Source: Sulfolobus acidocaldarius DSM 639
GTDB taxonomy: Archaea > Thermoproteota > Thermoprotei_A > Sulfolobales > Sulfolobaceae
Assembly: GCF_000012285.1 (NCBI RefSeq)
Contig: NC_007181.1
Location: 1,860,001 to 1,892,000, forward strand
Direction of reading: 5' to 3'
DNA length: 32,000 nt
Within the stretch, counting starts at the first letter, position 1; the number at the start of each line of letters is the position of its first letter. Under the pieces are notes generated by a model that saw only the letters and a list, made by a program, of their open reading frames with translations, was not told the DNA's origin and searched no databases. This document shows, piece by piece, positions 1 through 8,964 of this stretch. The position numbers and the translations under genes were made by a program.

Positions 1-227
1 CCTCATTATTGCTTTATAAAGGTGATAAAGTAAGTTTAAGAAGCGGAGGAGGTGGAGGTTGGGGTAATCCAGCGGAAAGAGATCCCAATCTGGTTTTAAA
101 TGATGTACTCAACGAATATATTAGTGTAGAAGACGCTGAAAAGATCTATAAGGTAAAAATTAAGGAAACTAACGGAATCTATGAGATAGACTGGGAAGGA
201 ACTAAGAAGATAAGGATTAACAAGTAA
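1..227 (+). CDS. C-terminal end of a hydantoinase B / oxoprolinase-family protein (5-prime part lies left of the window)
   Basis: The frame is open from the window edge and ends with TAA at 225-227. The tail ...SGGGGGWGNPAERDPNLVLNDVLNEYISVEDAEKIY resembles the conserved glycine-rich C-terminus of HyuB/oxoprolinase enzymes. This is recognised from memory, not searched. Confidence 0.6.
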   Translation, partial: SLLLYKGDKVSLRSGGGGGWGNPAERDPNLVLNDVLNEYISVEDAEKIYKVKIKETNGIYEIDWEGTKKIRINK

Positions 228-1363
228 TTTTATTATATCATTATTATATAAATTGATATTTATGAAGAAAATAATTATTTTTATTTATTTTTTAGTTAAT
301 TATATGTCTCATCATGTCCCAAGACGGCGAGTTGATTCAATTCCTTAATATGAATTGCAGGACTTATAGATTTTCCTCAAGTTTATTGACCCTTTTTCAT
401 TTAAATCAAAGGTCACCGCCACGACATAACAGGAATTTACATGAATTGAGAAAGGAAAGTGAAAGGATTGATATATTTAGACTAGTTGAAGTATATTTTA
501 GTAACAAAAGCCTACTCTCTTTCAAATTCTCAATTCTTTAAGTCTGAATAACAACTTAAACTTTTACGCTTTTTACCCTACAATAGATAGGTTAACCAGT
601 TACCTAATACCATGAGTTAAAATGTAATGACGGTATTTTTATTTTGACATAAATTGAATTTCTTTGTATGTGAGAGCAAAACAAGTGTTTTTAGTTTGAG
701 GGCGAGAAGTAGTTAGAGGGCGAGGAAACTTGAATAGGTTTTAGTTCCTTAACCTTACTTGATTGAGAAAACACTAGTATCCAGAAGCTTAAAGTTAACG
801 AGCCTTGGCTACCATAAAACCTACAAGACGGTCAAAAATATTCCTCATAATAATTTACTCGAAAAATCTATCAACATGAGTTGGGATTTGGTCGTTGATT
901 GTATATCAGTAAAACGTATCTCCGGTCTCTTAACTAATTACCCACTACCCTGAAGTTAATGAGCATTCATTTAACGTAGCTAGATAGTTCTCTAGACATC
1001 TTGCCTTCAATTATTTTTCCTAAGTGACGGTTTGCCTCTTGTCATTAGAGGCTCTGTTAAATTGAGGGCCTTTTACCTGGTTCGCCGATAGTGAATCTCG
1101 TAAACGTTAAATTGGTTTAGCCTCGAGGTAAAACCTATTCTCTGCATACAAATCCCTTAGTTCTCGTAACTCGGTCTCATACAAGTAGTCGAAGCCTAAA
1201 CAGGTCGTCTCTAATAACTTTTGCGTGAAAGGAAAAGTTAGCGAGAAACACAAGGTTTAATCAGCTTGAATCGAGCCTCAAGTGTATTTTTGTGTATATC
1301 TTTATCTTACTTAAAACTATAAAAAACAAGTGGTCTTTGCAATAGAATTTTCCCTCTCTCCTC

Positions 1364-2125
1364 TCACTTTACCTGGGTCAATTTGTCCTGAAGGGGTGCG
1401 AATTTAGGTTGGTCATAAATGTCTTTAATTTCGGCGAACTGGCTTTCCTTCTGGTCTAACACCATTAAACCTATTCCCCTGGACTTCCCACCGCCGACGA
1501 ATGTGCCCACATTGACCATGAACTTTAAGGTCTTTAGCCATAATTCGCTCTGTCCTGCCTGTTTACTGTTTCCCTGACTACTGTCTCTCAATACCACATT
1601 GACGTCTATTTTATATACGTTGAGTATCTCCTCTGTGAAAAGGTGTCCCTCTAAATTCTTTTTATTCTTCCTGTCAATGACCACATGCGTCCTCTCCACT
1701 ATATCAGCCTGCCTTATAACACTATCTGAAATAGTTAAAGCAGAGGCAAAGTACTCACTTCCATATAACCTCTCCACAGGACAGTTCCACAGTAAATATA
1801 ACCTCACCATTTCTTTCCTGTCATTCGAATCCTCTAGTCCCTTACTCTTCAGTATTTTCTTAAACCTCATATCAAAGCAGTTTGAATTGAGGCAGCTTTC
1901 GATTTGTTTCAACTCGTTCTGATATCTACTCAGGTCCTCAACAGGGTGCTCCTCCATATGGTCTTTGTCGTTAACTATCATCTCACTCACTCTCCTGAAT
2001 ATGCCCTTAAGACTTGTTGATGGTATGACATAGTCGTTATCGTACTTCAGTGGCTTTAGTGTATCCTCACCGCCCACCCTCAGTCCGTTGGGGGTTTTAA
2101 ATACGAGTTTGTAAAGAGTTATCAT
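1364..2125 (-). CDS. cas7: Type III RAMP, Cas7 (Csm3-like) paralog, last gene of the cas operon
   Basis: 253 aa. N-terminal RAMP strand plus IPSTSLKGIFRRV motif, and C-terminal glycine-rich loop VGGGKSRGIGLMVL. The ATG overlaps the upstream gene stop by 4 nt (2122-2125). Confidence 0.75.
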   Translation of the reverse strand: MITLYKLVFKTPNGLRVGGEDTLKPLKYDNDYVIPSTSLKGIFRRVSEMIVNDKDHMEEHPVEDLSRYQNELKQIESCLNSNCFDMRFKKILKSKGLEDSNDRKEMVRLYLLWNCPVERLYGSEYFASALTISDSVIRQADIVERTHVVIDRKNKKNLEGHLFTEEILNVYKIDVNVVLRDSSQGNSKQAGQSELWLKTLKFMVNVGTFVGGGKSRGIGLMVLDQKESQFAEIKDIYDQPKFAPLQDKLTQVK

Positions 2126-3063
2126 AGGCTCACCTTACTCAAGAGTGATGCTAAGTCTTCTATTTTCACCATGAAGTTTAGCCCCGCAGGCATTAATTTA
2201 CTGTAGTCCCCCTTATGCTCGACATACACAAGGGACCCCTCCTTCATAGTCTTGAAAACTGGTTTTGCACCAGAGTGAGTATCTGTTGTAAACCAGCCAG
2301 TGTAGTAAGACTCTTCCCCTATCACCAAGGTCTTACCTGAGCTCAGCTTCCTTATCTCAAACAGCTTTTCGCCTAGCAATGATGGGACACATGGTGAGAG
2401 ACAGTATGTTAGTCCATCAGGCTCTTCCAAGTTAACCTCTTTTACTTTCTGGACCTTTACAATACTGTCTATTCTGCTTCTACTCCTACCAATCCTTATC
2501 TGCTCTACTGTGTCAATGACATCTCCAGGCTTAGCTAAAGCCCACATTTCGTTAAACTTCAAGTACTCATAGGCGTATAACATTCTGTGGAAGGACGACG
2601 CTGAGACCTTGTCTATGGCTACATGCATTAATATTGTTGAACTTGGTGTGTACTTTATGTACCTAGTCTCATTTGGCGACTTCTGTTTTTCATTGGGCTT
2701 AATAATGACCCCAATCCTTGGCTTCTTGTCAATCCCAAGGTTCATGACCTCTCTCATATCCTTCCCTTTATTGATCTCATCGTTCTTAATACTCAATATC
2801 CTACTCTCCTCAACAAACTCACTACCTTTTCTACCTTCAGCTGGGCTAAAGTAGTGAGATGGCGCAGAATTTTGTGGATATGCAGGTGATACATAGAAGT
2901 CCTCTTCGATCTTCCCCTTCTGGTAGTAGTACTCAGCCAGAATTGCTCCCCTTAGAGTAGTAGCAGGTATATAGTCTGTGGTAGAGAAGTAGTAGTTCTT
3001 AACCTTTCTCATCTGAGTGGTAATGTACTTGTTTACAACCAATTTTATGAGTTGTAGTTTCAT
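2122..3063 (-). CDS. csx10: Cas5-family RAMP, Csx10/Csm4-like subunit of a type III-D-like effector
   Basis: 313 aa. Contains DYIPATTLRGAILAEYY near the N-terminus, HVAIDKVSASSFHRMLYAYEYL in the middle and IRIGRSRSRIDSIV as a degenerate G-loop. It occupies the position after cas10/cas7 expected for the Cas5 partner. Confidence 0.6.
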   Translation of the reverse strand: MKLQLIKLVVNKYITTQMRKVKNYYFSTTDYIPATTLRGAILAEYYYQKGKIEEDFYVSPAYPQNSAPSHYFSPAEGRKGSEFVEESRILSIKNDEINKGKDMREVMNLGIDKKPRIGVIIKPNEKQKSPNETRYIKYTPSSTILMHVAIDKVSASSFHRMLYAYEYLKFNEMWALAKPGDVIDTVEQIRIGRSRSRIDSIVKVQKVKEVNLEEPDGLTYCLSPCVPSLLGEKLFEIRKLSSGKTLVIGEESYYTGWFTTDTHSGAKPVFKTMKEGSLVYVEHKGDYSKLMPAGLNFMVKIEDLASLLSKVSL

Positions 3064-3069
3064 TTTACC

Positions 3070-3678
3070 TCACCACATGTAGTTTGTGAGTAAACCCACA
3101 ATTTTCCCCATTTCTGGGTCACACTTAACCCTTTTACATAAATCCTCTTCTAACTTCACATCGACTAGTGCGTTCCTCCCTAACCTCCAATACCTCAGTG
3201 CAAGGACAGAACTTAAGAGGAGTTTTAGTAACCTTTCACCACAGTTATCCCTGTAGATGACATTTACTACTACTTCAGTTCCAGGCTTTACGACTTCTTG
3301 AGAGAATAGCGCCCCCTCCTTAGCCTTCTGAGTCTTGTCCTCAATTGAAACCCTCATGAGCCTGTACTTCTTTAGATCCTTGGTCTCGACCATGAAGTTC
3401 ACACATCCCTCAGTCCTCGCATCGGGATAACCGAATAGTTGACATACGTCACAGGGTTCTTTCCCCCTATGGGCTTGTCTGATCATTTTTGGCTCTACCT
3501 CATTACAACTGGTGAAGCCTTGGGGTAAGAACTGGGTTACTGCAGTACGTAAAACCCCCTTTATTGAAGAACTAGGTATCTCAAGTTCACTGAATGGTAT
3601 ATCAGTACCTACTATGACACTGCCTCCTCCTATGGTCAGAGAGGTTAAGTTTTTGATTCTCATTTTAAATTCCATCAC
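3070..3678 (-). CDS. cas7: Type III RAMP, Cas7 (Csm3-like) paralog
   Basis: 202 aa. Motifs: LTIGGGS, IPSSSIKGVLRTAV, CDVCQLFGYP. The start is GTG at 3678 or ATG at 3675, overlapping the cas10 TGA (3675-3677). Confidence 0.8.
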   Translation of the reverse strand: MMEFKMRIKNLTSLTIGGGSVIVGTDIPFSELEIPSSSIKGVLRTAVTQFLPQGFTSCNEVEPKMIRQAHRGKEPCDVCQLFGYPDARTEGCVNFMVETKDLKKYRLMRVSIEDKTQKAKEGALFSQEVVKPGTEVVVNVIYRDNCGERLLKLLLSSVLALRYWRLGRNALVDVKLEEDLCKRVKCDPEMGKIVGLLTNYMW

Positions 3679-6395
3679 GCTTCACCTAAGCCTGCTAATA
3701 TTGACTTTAGTATGAAATAATAGTCGTATAGTGGTGCACTCCCACCGTCGTTTGAAATCTTGGTATTCTGTAATAATGTCGAGAGTACTTTTCTCTGACT
3801 GTCAGTATTGCTCTGGTTTTCCTTTACCCTTGCTCTTTGCCTTACCATGTAAGCTAAGCCCTTGAAGAAGATATCCTCACTGCCCTTGTTCTCCTTATTA
3901 ATTGTGGAGAGGTAACCAACAACGTCCTGTATAGGTCTAAGTACTTCCTTAACCTTATTCCTCCCTTCCCTTTCGTTGTTGTACAAGTTCACTAACTCCT
4001 TAAAGTCCTCTAGACCAAAGGACTTAAGGAATTCCTCTACATTTTCAAGAGGGTTTGAGACAACTAAGAACTTATACTTAATCTCATTATGTTTACTCCC
4101 AGAGTACTTGTTGATCTCAGTGTCTATGACATTTCGATTAGCTAAACTGTTGGAGAATAACATTGCTGCAATTGAAGACATTGCTACAGGAGAGCCATTT
4201 AGATGCCCTATCTTAGCTCTTTCCATCAACTCATTTACTGCTTGATAAGCAAATTGGACAGGATGATCCGGTTTCACAGTTAAAACACCAACCTTAAATG
4301 TAAAGCCTGTATACTCCTGAGCCTTCTTGAACAACCTCACTGCAAATTGTATTGCTATCACTGACGGGGACATTAACATAATATCGTCTCCACCTAAGTA
4401 GAGTACTCCTGAAAGCACTCTAGGTACTAGGGAGTTTCCTGTACTACTTTGTGCATTAGCAGAACTAGTTTCCTTCTCGTGAAGTTCCTTCAAGGTTTCG
4501 TAGAAGGCTTTTTTAATTCCGTAGTCCAGTCTAAAGCTTCTGTCCACATAGTCTGAGAACGTAACTGTTGCGGAAAATATTATTCCAGCGTAGTTTCCGT
4601 CAGCCTTAACAAGCGAGATGTACTTTTTGTCGTTTTCATTTTTCCAACCAGCAATGAATTCCATTGCGTAGTTCAGGTATTCACCCTCGCTACTGTCTTT
4701 GCCTTTGAATATACTCTTGGCTAAGTCAGCAGGTCTAATAAAGCTCCCATCTATCATGTATGTAGTATCAGTCTTAGCACTAAACCCTCTGTTACTAGAT
4801 AGCTCCCTGACTAGCTTGCACCTCTTACACAGTCTTTCTTTCTCATCAGGCGAAATAGGTACATCGTCCACTGCAGGTCTTATGCCACAGTAGGAACAGG
4901 TTTCGTGAAGACCGTATGAGTAGAGCCTCTCGTTAAAGTCGAGCAAATACCTATTGTATGATTGTTTTCCGATCTCCTCGCTTATTTTGTTAATTCCCAG
5001 GATTTCATTATCGTACATAAAGTCCAATACAGTCACATTTAATTTAGCGTCCAGCTCTTCCTCTAACTTCAAGTTCTTAAACAGACCTTCAATATCAGGC
5101 TTATCGAGGTCAGCCCTTACAACAATATAGGAGTGTCCGCCATAACCGCTAAGTAGTGCCTCTACTGGTAACATGGATTTACCTAAGTCTCGGAATTTGC
5201 TGTCAATTAAGGCAAAGGCATAGACGGAGGTTATAAAATCAACTAGAAAGCTCGCAAAGGACATCTCCCTGAGTCCTGGGAAATTAGTTATGAATTTCTG
5301 TATACCTGGAAAGTCCACATATACAAGATAAGCTATGGGATTCCTTGATGTGGTGTTCGCTGAAGCTTGCTGTGTGCTCTTAGGGGTTTGTGCTGGTTTT
5401 ACGTCATTCAGGTACTTCAATACTTTTGCTTCATCTTTCTGAATTACACTTGGGTCAAGTAAGACTGAGCTTAAGTATTTGTAGAGCTCTTTGCTAGCCT
5501 TTTCATACTCCTGAGCACCCTTACTTTCTAAACAGTTGAAGGAATCTTCGCCTCTTTTAGAGTAACACTCTTTTACTGAAAGGTTTAGATTATCAAGACC
5601 TTCCATTACGATAGGACTTATCCTATCATGGGATGCAGCCACATCGTCAGCCATATTTAAGATCGTCTGTATTTGACCATGGTGATGTAATACTTCGTCC
5701 CTTATTTTTTCGATCCCACCCTTTATGCATAATTCACCTGTTGATTTGCGCAAAACCTCCTCTAGGATATCAACAGATTCTCTTACATGGTGTTCAGGAT
5801 TTACCAGTTTTCCTATGTCATGTAATAACGCTGCGACCCTGAGTTGACTTTGGTCATAAGTCTGTTGTTGCATTGCCCAGACCACTAAGGAGGTTAATTG
5901 TAAATGTGAGGCTAGTGAAGTGAAATTAAACCCTGGTCTAGTGTCAGCAGGGGTGTACAGAAGCGCTTCATAGATATCCATTAAGTCCTTAAACGACTGG
6001 AAGAAGCTCTTAAGATTTCTTACTGTCTCAGCAGGTAACTTTTCTAGTTTATCCATGAGGTCCTTTACACCTAAATCTGGAGTTATCATGAGCTCCTTAC
6101 CATATTTGTGTCTGAGGATCACATAGTACAGGAGGTATTCAAAGGCATTAGCTGAATACTTGGATGAAGGCAAAGAGGGAGCATATGATAATATCATGGG
6201 AGCCTTGTAGATCAGAGCCAACAGGTCAGCTAATATGTTCATGGCTTGCCTTTCGTCATTACCTGCAATTTCACAGGACAGATTGGATATTTGAGTTATG
6301 ATGTTTATTATCTTCTCTCTAAGGGCTTTGACTTTATTTTCCTCTACGAATTTGACTTCGAACTCAGGGAGTATAAGCTTACCTCTGAGAGTCAT
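3675..6395 (-). CDS. cas10: Cas10, large subunit of the type III effector (HD nuclease, zinc finger and GGDD cyclase Palm domain all apparently intact)
   Basis: 906 aa. LLHDIGK at residues 190-196 (HD codons at nt 5817-5822) with H164 upstream and HHH/ADD downstream. YVDFPGIQKFI is a Palm1-type motif. The zinc finger is CSYCG...CKRCK (C500, C503, C523, C526). LYLGGDDIML places GGDD at residues 668-671 (nt 4383-4394). Confidence 0.92.
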   Translation of the reverse strand: MTLRGKLILPEFEVKFVEENKVKALREKIINIITQISNLSCEIAGNDERQAMNILADLLALIYKAPMILSYAPSLPSSKYSANAFEYLLYYVILRHKYGKELMITPDLGVKDLMDKLEKLPAETVRNLKSFFQSFKDLMDIYEALLYTPADTRPGFNFTSLASHLQLTSLVVWAMQQQTYDQSQLRVAALLHDIGKLVNPEHHVRESVDILEEVLRKSTGELCIKGGIEKIRDEVLHHHGQIQTILNMADDVAASHDRISPIVMEGLDNLNLSVKECYSKRGEDSFNCLESKGAQEYEKASKELYKYLSSVLLDPSVIQKDEAKVLKYLNDVKPAQTPKSTQQASANTTSRNPIAYLVYVDFPGIQKFITNFPGLREMSFASFLVDFITSVYAFALIDSKFRDLGKSMLPVEALLSGYGGHSYIVVRADLDKPDIEGLFKNLKLEEELDAKLNVTVLDFMYDNEILGINKISEEIGKQSYNRYLLDFNERLYSYGLHETCSYCGIRPAVDDVPISPDEKERLCKRCKLVRELSSNRGFSAKTDTTYMIDGSFIRPADLAKSIFKGKDSSEGEYLNYAMEFIAGWKNENDKKYISLVKADGNYAGIIFSATVTFSDYVDRSFRLDYGIKKAFYETLKELHEKETSSANAQSSTGNSLVPRVLSGVLYLGGDDIMLMSPSVIAIQFAVRLFKKAQEYTGFTFKVGVLTVKPDHPVQFAYQAVNELMERAKIGHLNGSPVAMSSIAAMLFSNSLANRNVIDTEINKYSGSKHNEIKYKFLVVSNPLENVEEFLKSFGLEDFKELVNLYNNEREGRNKVKEVLRPIQDVVGYLSTINKENKGSEDIFFKGLAYMVRQRARVKENQSNTDSQRKVLSTLLQNTKISNDGGSAPLYDYYFILKSILAGLGEA

Positions 6396-6594
6396 ACTCT
6401 ATCACCTTAGCCAGATATTGTTCCTCAGGATTACGGGGTAAACGGATCTTGTGTATTACTTCTTTTCCCCCCTCATCTTCTTCCCTTCTCTTTTCCATCT
6501 CCACTTCCACGAACTTAAGGTATTTCTTTTGATCGTTATCACTACAGTTAATCACCACAGACAGATCATATTTTATACATAGTTTATCAGTCAT
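6379..6594 (-). CDS. Small acidic protein of unknown function (71 aa from ATG 6594; the track ORF uses TTG 6603)
   Basis: The ATG at 6594 lies 2 nt after the TAA of the upstream RAMP gene. Its last 17 nt overlap the cas10 ATG (6395). It is co-directional within the operon. I recognise no motif; there is a charged EKRREEDEGGKE stretch. Confidence 0.45.
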   Translation of the reverse strand: MTDKLCIKYDLSVVINCSDNDQKKYLKFVEVEMEKRREEDEGGKEVIHKIRLPRNPEEQYLAKVIEYDSQR

Positions 6595-6596
6595 TA

Positions 6597-7352
6597 TTAC
6601 CAAGCCTCATTGAAATCTCTAGGTCGATATGAACTTACGAATTTCTGTAATGCCTGGCTTAAGTCTATCTTACCGCCTGTCAATGACGAAGACCTTATGG
6701 AGAAAGAGACCCTACCAAACCTCTTATCAATATACTTAAACCTACCTAGTAGCTGAATCTTCTGTTGCAATTTTCCATTCACTAACCTGAAACCAAACCC
6801 ATACAACAACATACCTATCTCCTCAGGTCTCCTTATAGATCTGAATAAGACTTTACCTGTGAAAGTAGAGCCCTTCTCTGCGCACTCATAGTCTTCATTA
6901 TTAATGTTTACTTTCTTGACTTTTACATTACTCCCAACAAAGTCTGTGAAGTTGACCCTACTAGCGAGCTTAGCAGTGCCTAACAGGTCATCAACAACAC
7001 ATACTTGAGGAAACTTATGATAGTATCTCCTAAAGGCTGGTCTGAATATGTTTATATAACGAGGTGAAGAGTAATTTGATTGCCTATTCACCACATAACA
7101 GGAGTCTGGAATTGACAACTCCAGTCTAGTCCTCACCATTCCTTTTATGGTTGCACCTGGTATTACTAACCTACCATCAGAATACTTATTGAATTCGTGA
7201 ATTGGAGGATTAAAGTAGCCCGATAGATCTGGTACACTGCCCTTTAATACACTATCTATCCACTGGTCTACGTCTTTTTTAGATATCCCTTTATTCAAGG
7301 ATATTGTGTACTTACCCCCTCCGACATGTAGTAACTCTGACTCCACTTTCAT
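6597..7352 (-). CDS. Divergent type III RAMP (Csm5-like / Cas7-group)
   Basis: 251 aa. LHVGGGKY and LVIPGATIKGMVRTRLE RAMP motifs, with a degenerate C-terminal loop GRFKYIDKRFGRVSF. Confidence 0.65.
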   Translation of the reverse strand: MKVESELLHVGGGKYTISLNKGISKKDVDQWIDSVLKGSVPDLSGYFNPPIHEFNKYSDGRLVIPGATIKGMVRTRLELSIPDSCYVVNRQSNYSSPRYINIFRPAFRRYYHKFPQVCVVDDLLGTAKLASRVNFTDFVGSNVKVKKVNINNEDYECAEKGSTFTGKVLFRSIRRPEEIGMLLYGFGFRLVNGKLQQKIQLLGRFKYIDKRFGRVSFSIRSSSLTGGKIDLSQALQKFVSSYRPRDFNEAW

Positions 7353-7401
7353 CTCCAGCTCTATGAACCCCTCAATGCCTGGAGAATTCCTGTAAGTGTA
7401 G

Positions 7402-8238
7402 TTAGCCTGAGACTGGGTATGGAATCTTGACGTTCTGGAACACCTCCATATACGGCTTTACCTTATTGAAGAAATCATCTCCTTCCCCTTGAACATTGTT
7501 TAGACCTTGGGGGACCTCCTTGTCCTCTTCACCAATCTTAGGGTCACCGCTTATTGTTAGCTTAAGATTACCAAACTTCACGAATCCAAATCCTCTGGTC
7601 TTATGACCACCAATTTGGGTTAGCCCATCATGTATATTCTTCATTATTGTGAGGAGATAGCCTACAACGTAATTTGGCAAGTTTCTCCCCATGAGTTTAA
7701 ACTCAAATTTAGAGTTTGGCTCGACGTACTCTACCTGCACTAGAGCACTTCTTGCAGATGCACCCTCTGTCCTGCTTATAGCCACCATTGTCCTAACGTT
7801 TAGTTTGTAATCTATAGGTAGTGAATCCAAGAAGTTAACCATTCCGCTTACGCTCATTGTTCCAAAAAGCTTACAGTTAAGACAAGTGTATTTCCAGAAA
7901 GTGTCGATAGCTTGCCTTATATCACTCTTTAGGAATCGTTGAAAATCCTCATACTTACCATAGTTTCTCAAGCAGATATCTCTCCCTATTCCAGTACACA
8001 CTTTCACGCCCTTAGAGTTAAGTATCCTCTCTCCTGCGGACCTAAAGACACCTTTCCAGCTTGACCCTGGAATTACTGGTCTACCAGTTGAGTCCTTTAG
8101 TACCACATCTCTTGCCAGTTCCCCCGGAGATATAGCTGACTTTCCAGCCCCTACCCTTAGGGGAGATATTACAACAACCTGTCCCTCAATTGTTATGATC
8201 CTCTGTATTACATTCCTCTGGATAAAAGCACTGACCAA
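7402..8238 (-). CDS. cas7: Type III RAMP, Cas7 (Csm3-like) paralog with apparent TTG start
   Basis: 278 aa. Motifs: [48 protein letters not shown]. The only start-like codon before the first RAMP strand is TTG at 8238, directly after the upstream TAA. Confidence 0.8.
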   Translation of the reverse strand: MVSAFIQRNVIQRIITIEGQVVVISPLRVGAGKSAISPGELARDVVLKDSTGRPVIPGSSWKGVFRSAGERILNSKGVKVCTGIGRDICLRNYGKYEDFQRFLKSDIRQAIDTFWKYTCLNCKLFGTMSVSGMVNFLDSLPIDYKLNVRTMVAISRTEGASARSALVQVEYVEPNSKFEFKLMGRNLPNYVVGYLLTIMKNIHDGLTQIGGHKTRGFGFVKFGNLKLTISGDPKIGEEDKEVPQGLNNVQGEGDDFFNKVKPYMEVFQNVKIPYPVSG

Positions 8239-8964
8239 TTAAAGCACCTCCTCAAGTTTTTTACTTTTTTCACTTAGAAGGTCAGGTTTTTCGTAGTATT
8301 TTACAACTGCGTTTCTCAGTTTTATTAAGCCAAACCCAATAGATTTTCTCCCACCTATGAATATGCCCTGTGTTGTTAGGGTCTTGAACAGGTACTTAAT
8401 TGCCTCAACTGCTTCTCTCTTACAATCATCTGTCTCACCGCTTATAATATTAAGGTTATAAATGTACATCCTGAACTTGAAGTTGGCACCGGGCTCCACG
8501 AAGTCTAAATTGTACAAATTACCTGTCATTTGACCACCGAATACCCTGTTTATCGCGACCATAGTCCTGGTGTTTATCTTATAGTTATCAGCCTCAGCAT
8601 CTAATATGTAGACCCTAGAGGATAGGTCCTTAAAACCAAATATGACACAGGGGATACAACAGGTACCATTACCACAACTGTTGCAGACTTTTTCATCGTC
8701 ATTCATTTGACAGACTCTATACTTGCTATCGTTTAATGAATAAGTGTAAGATTCTACTAAACTCCTAAATGCCCCCTTTAAGGATTAACCTGGTATTATC
8801 GGCTTCCCGTTTCTCCTCATTATTGGGTTATCTGTCAACTCGTCAAAAGAGGAAGATCTGCCTTGACCCACTCTAAGTGGTGTCTCATTTACTAACTCTC
8901 CTTCAACTACAGCTATCATGTATATATTATGTAAGTCATGGCAAGGTGGCTCTGCGTCACTCAT
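8239..8964 (-). pseudogene. cas7: Cas7 (Csm3-like) paralog interrupted by a single in-frame TAA (8785-8787)
   Basis: My own translation of the minus strand from ATG 8964 (ATGA overlap with the upstream stop) gives MSDAEPPCHDLHNIYMIAVVEGELVNETPLRVGQGRSSSFDELTDNPIMRRNGKPIIPG[30 protein letters not shown]. This continues in the same frame into track ORF 8239..8706 ([21 protein letters not shown]). The stop sits where PGSSLKG normally has a Ser. Confidence 0.8.

Noticed and set aside
314-953. Track ORFs 314..541 and 759..953 in the left flank
   Set aside because: They have no motifs and no plausible promoter or start context, and the composition is odd. I do not call them as genes, though the region may contain decayed coding sequence (see the finding at 228-1363).
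8785-8787. Programmed stop-codon readthrough or recoding as the explanation for the in-frame TAA in cas7
   Set aside because: I see no downstream structure or recoding context, and a simple TCA-to-TAA nonsense mutation or a sequencing error is more parsimonious. This is kept only as an alternative to test.
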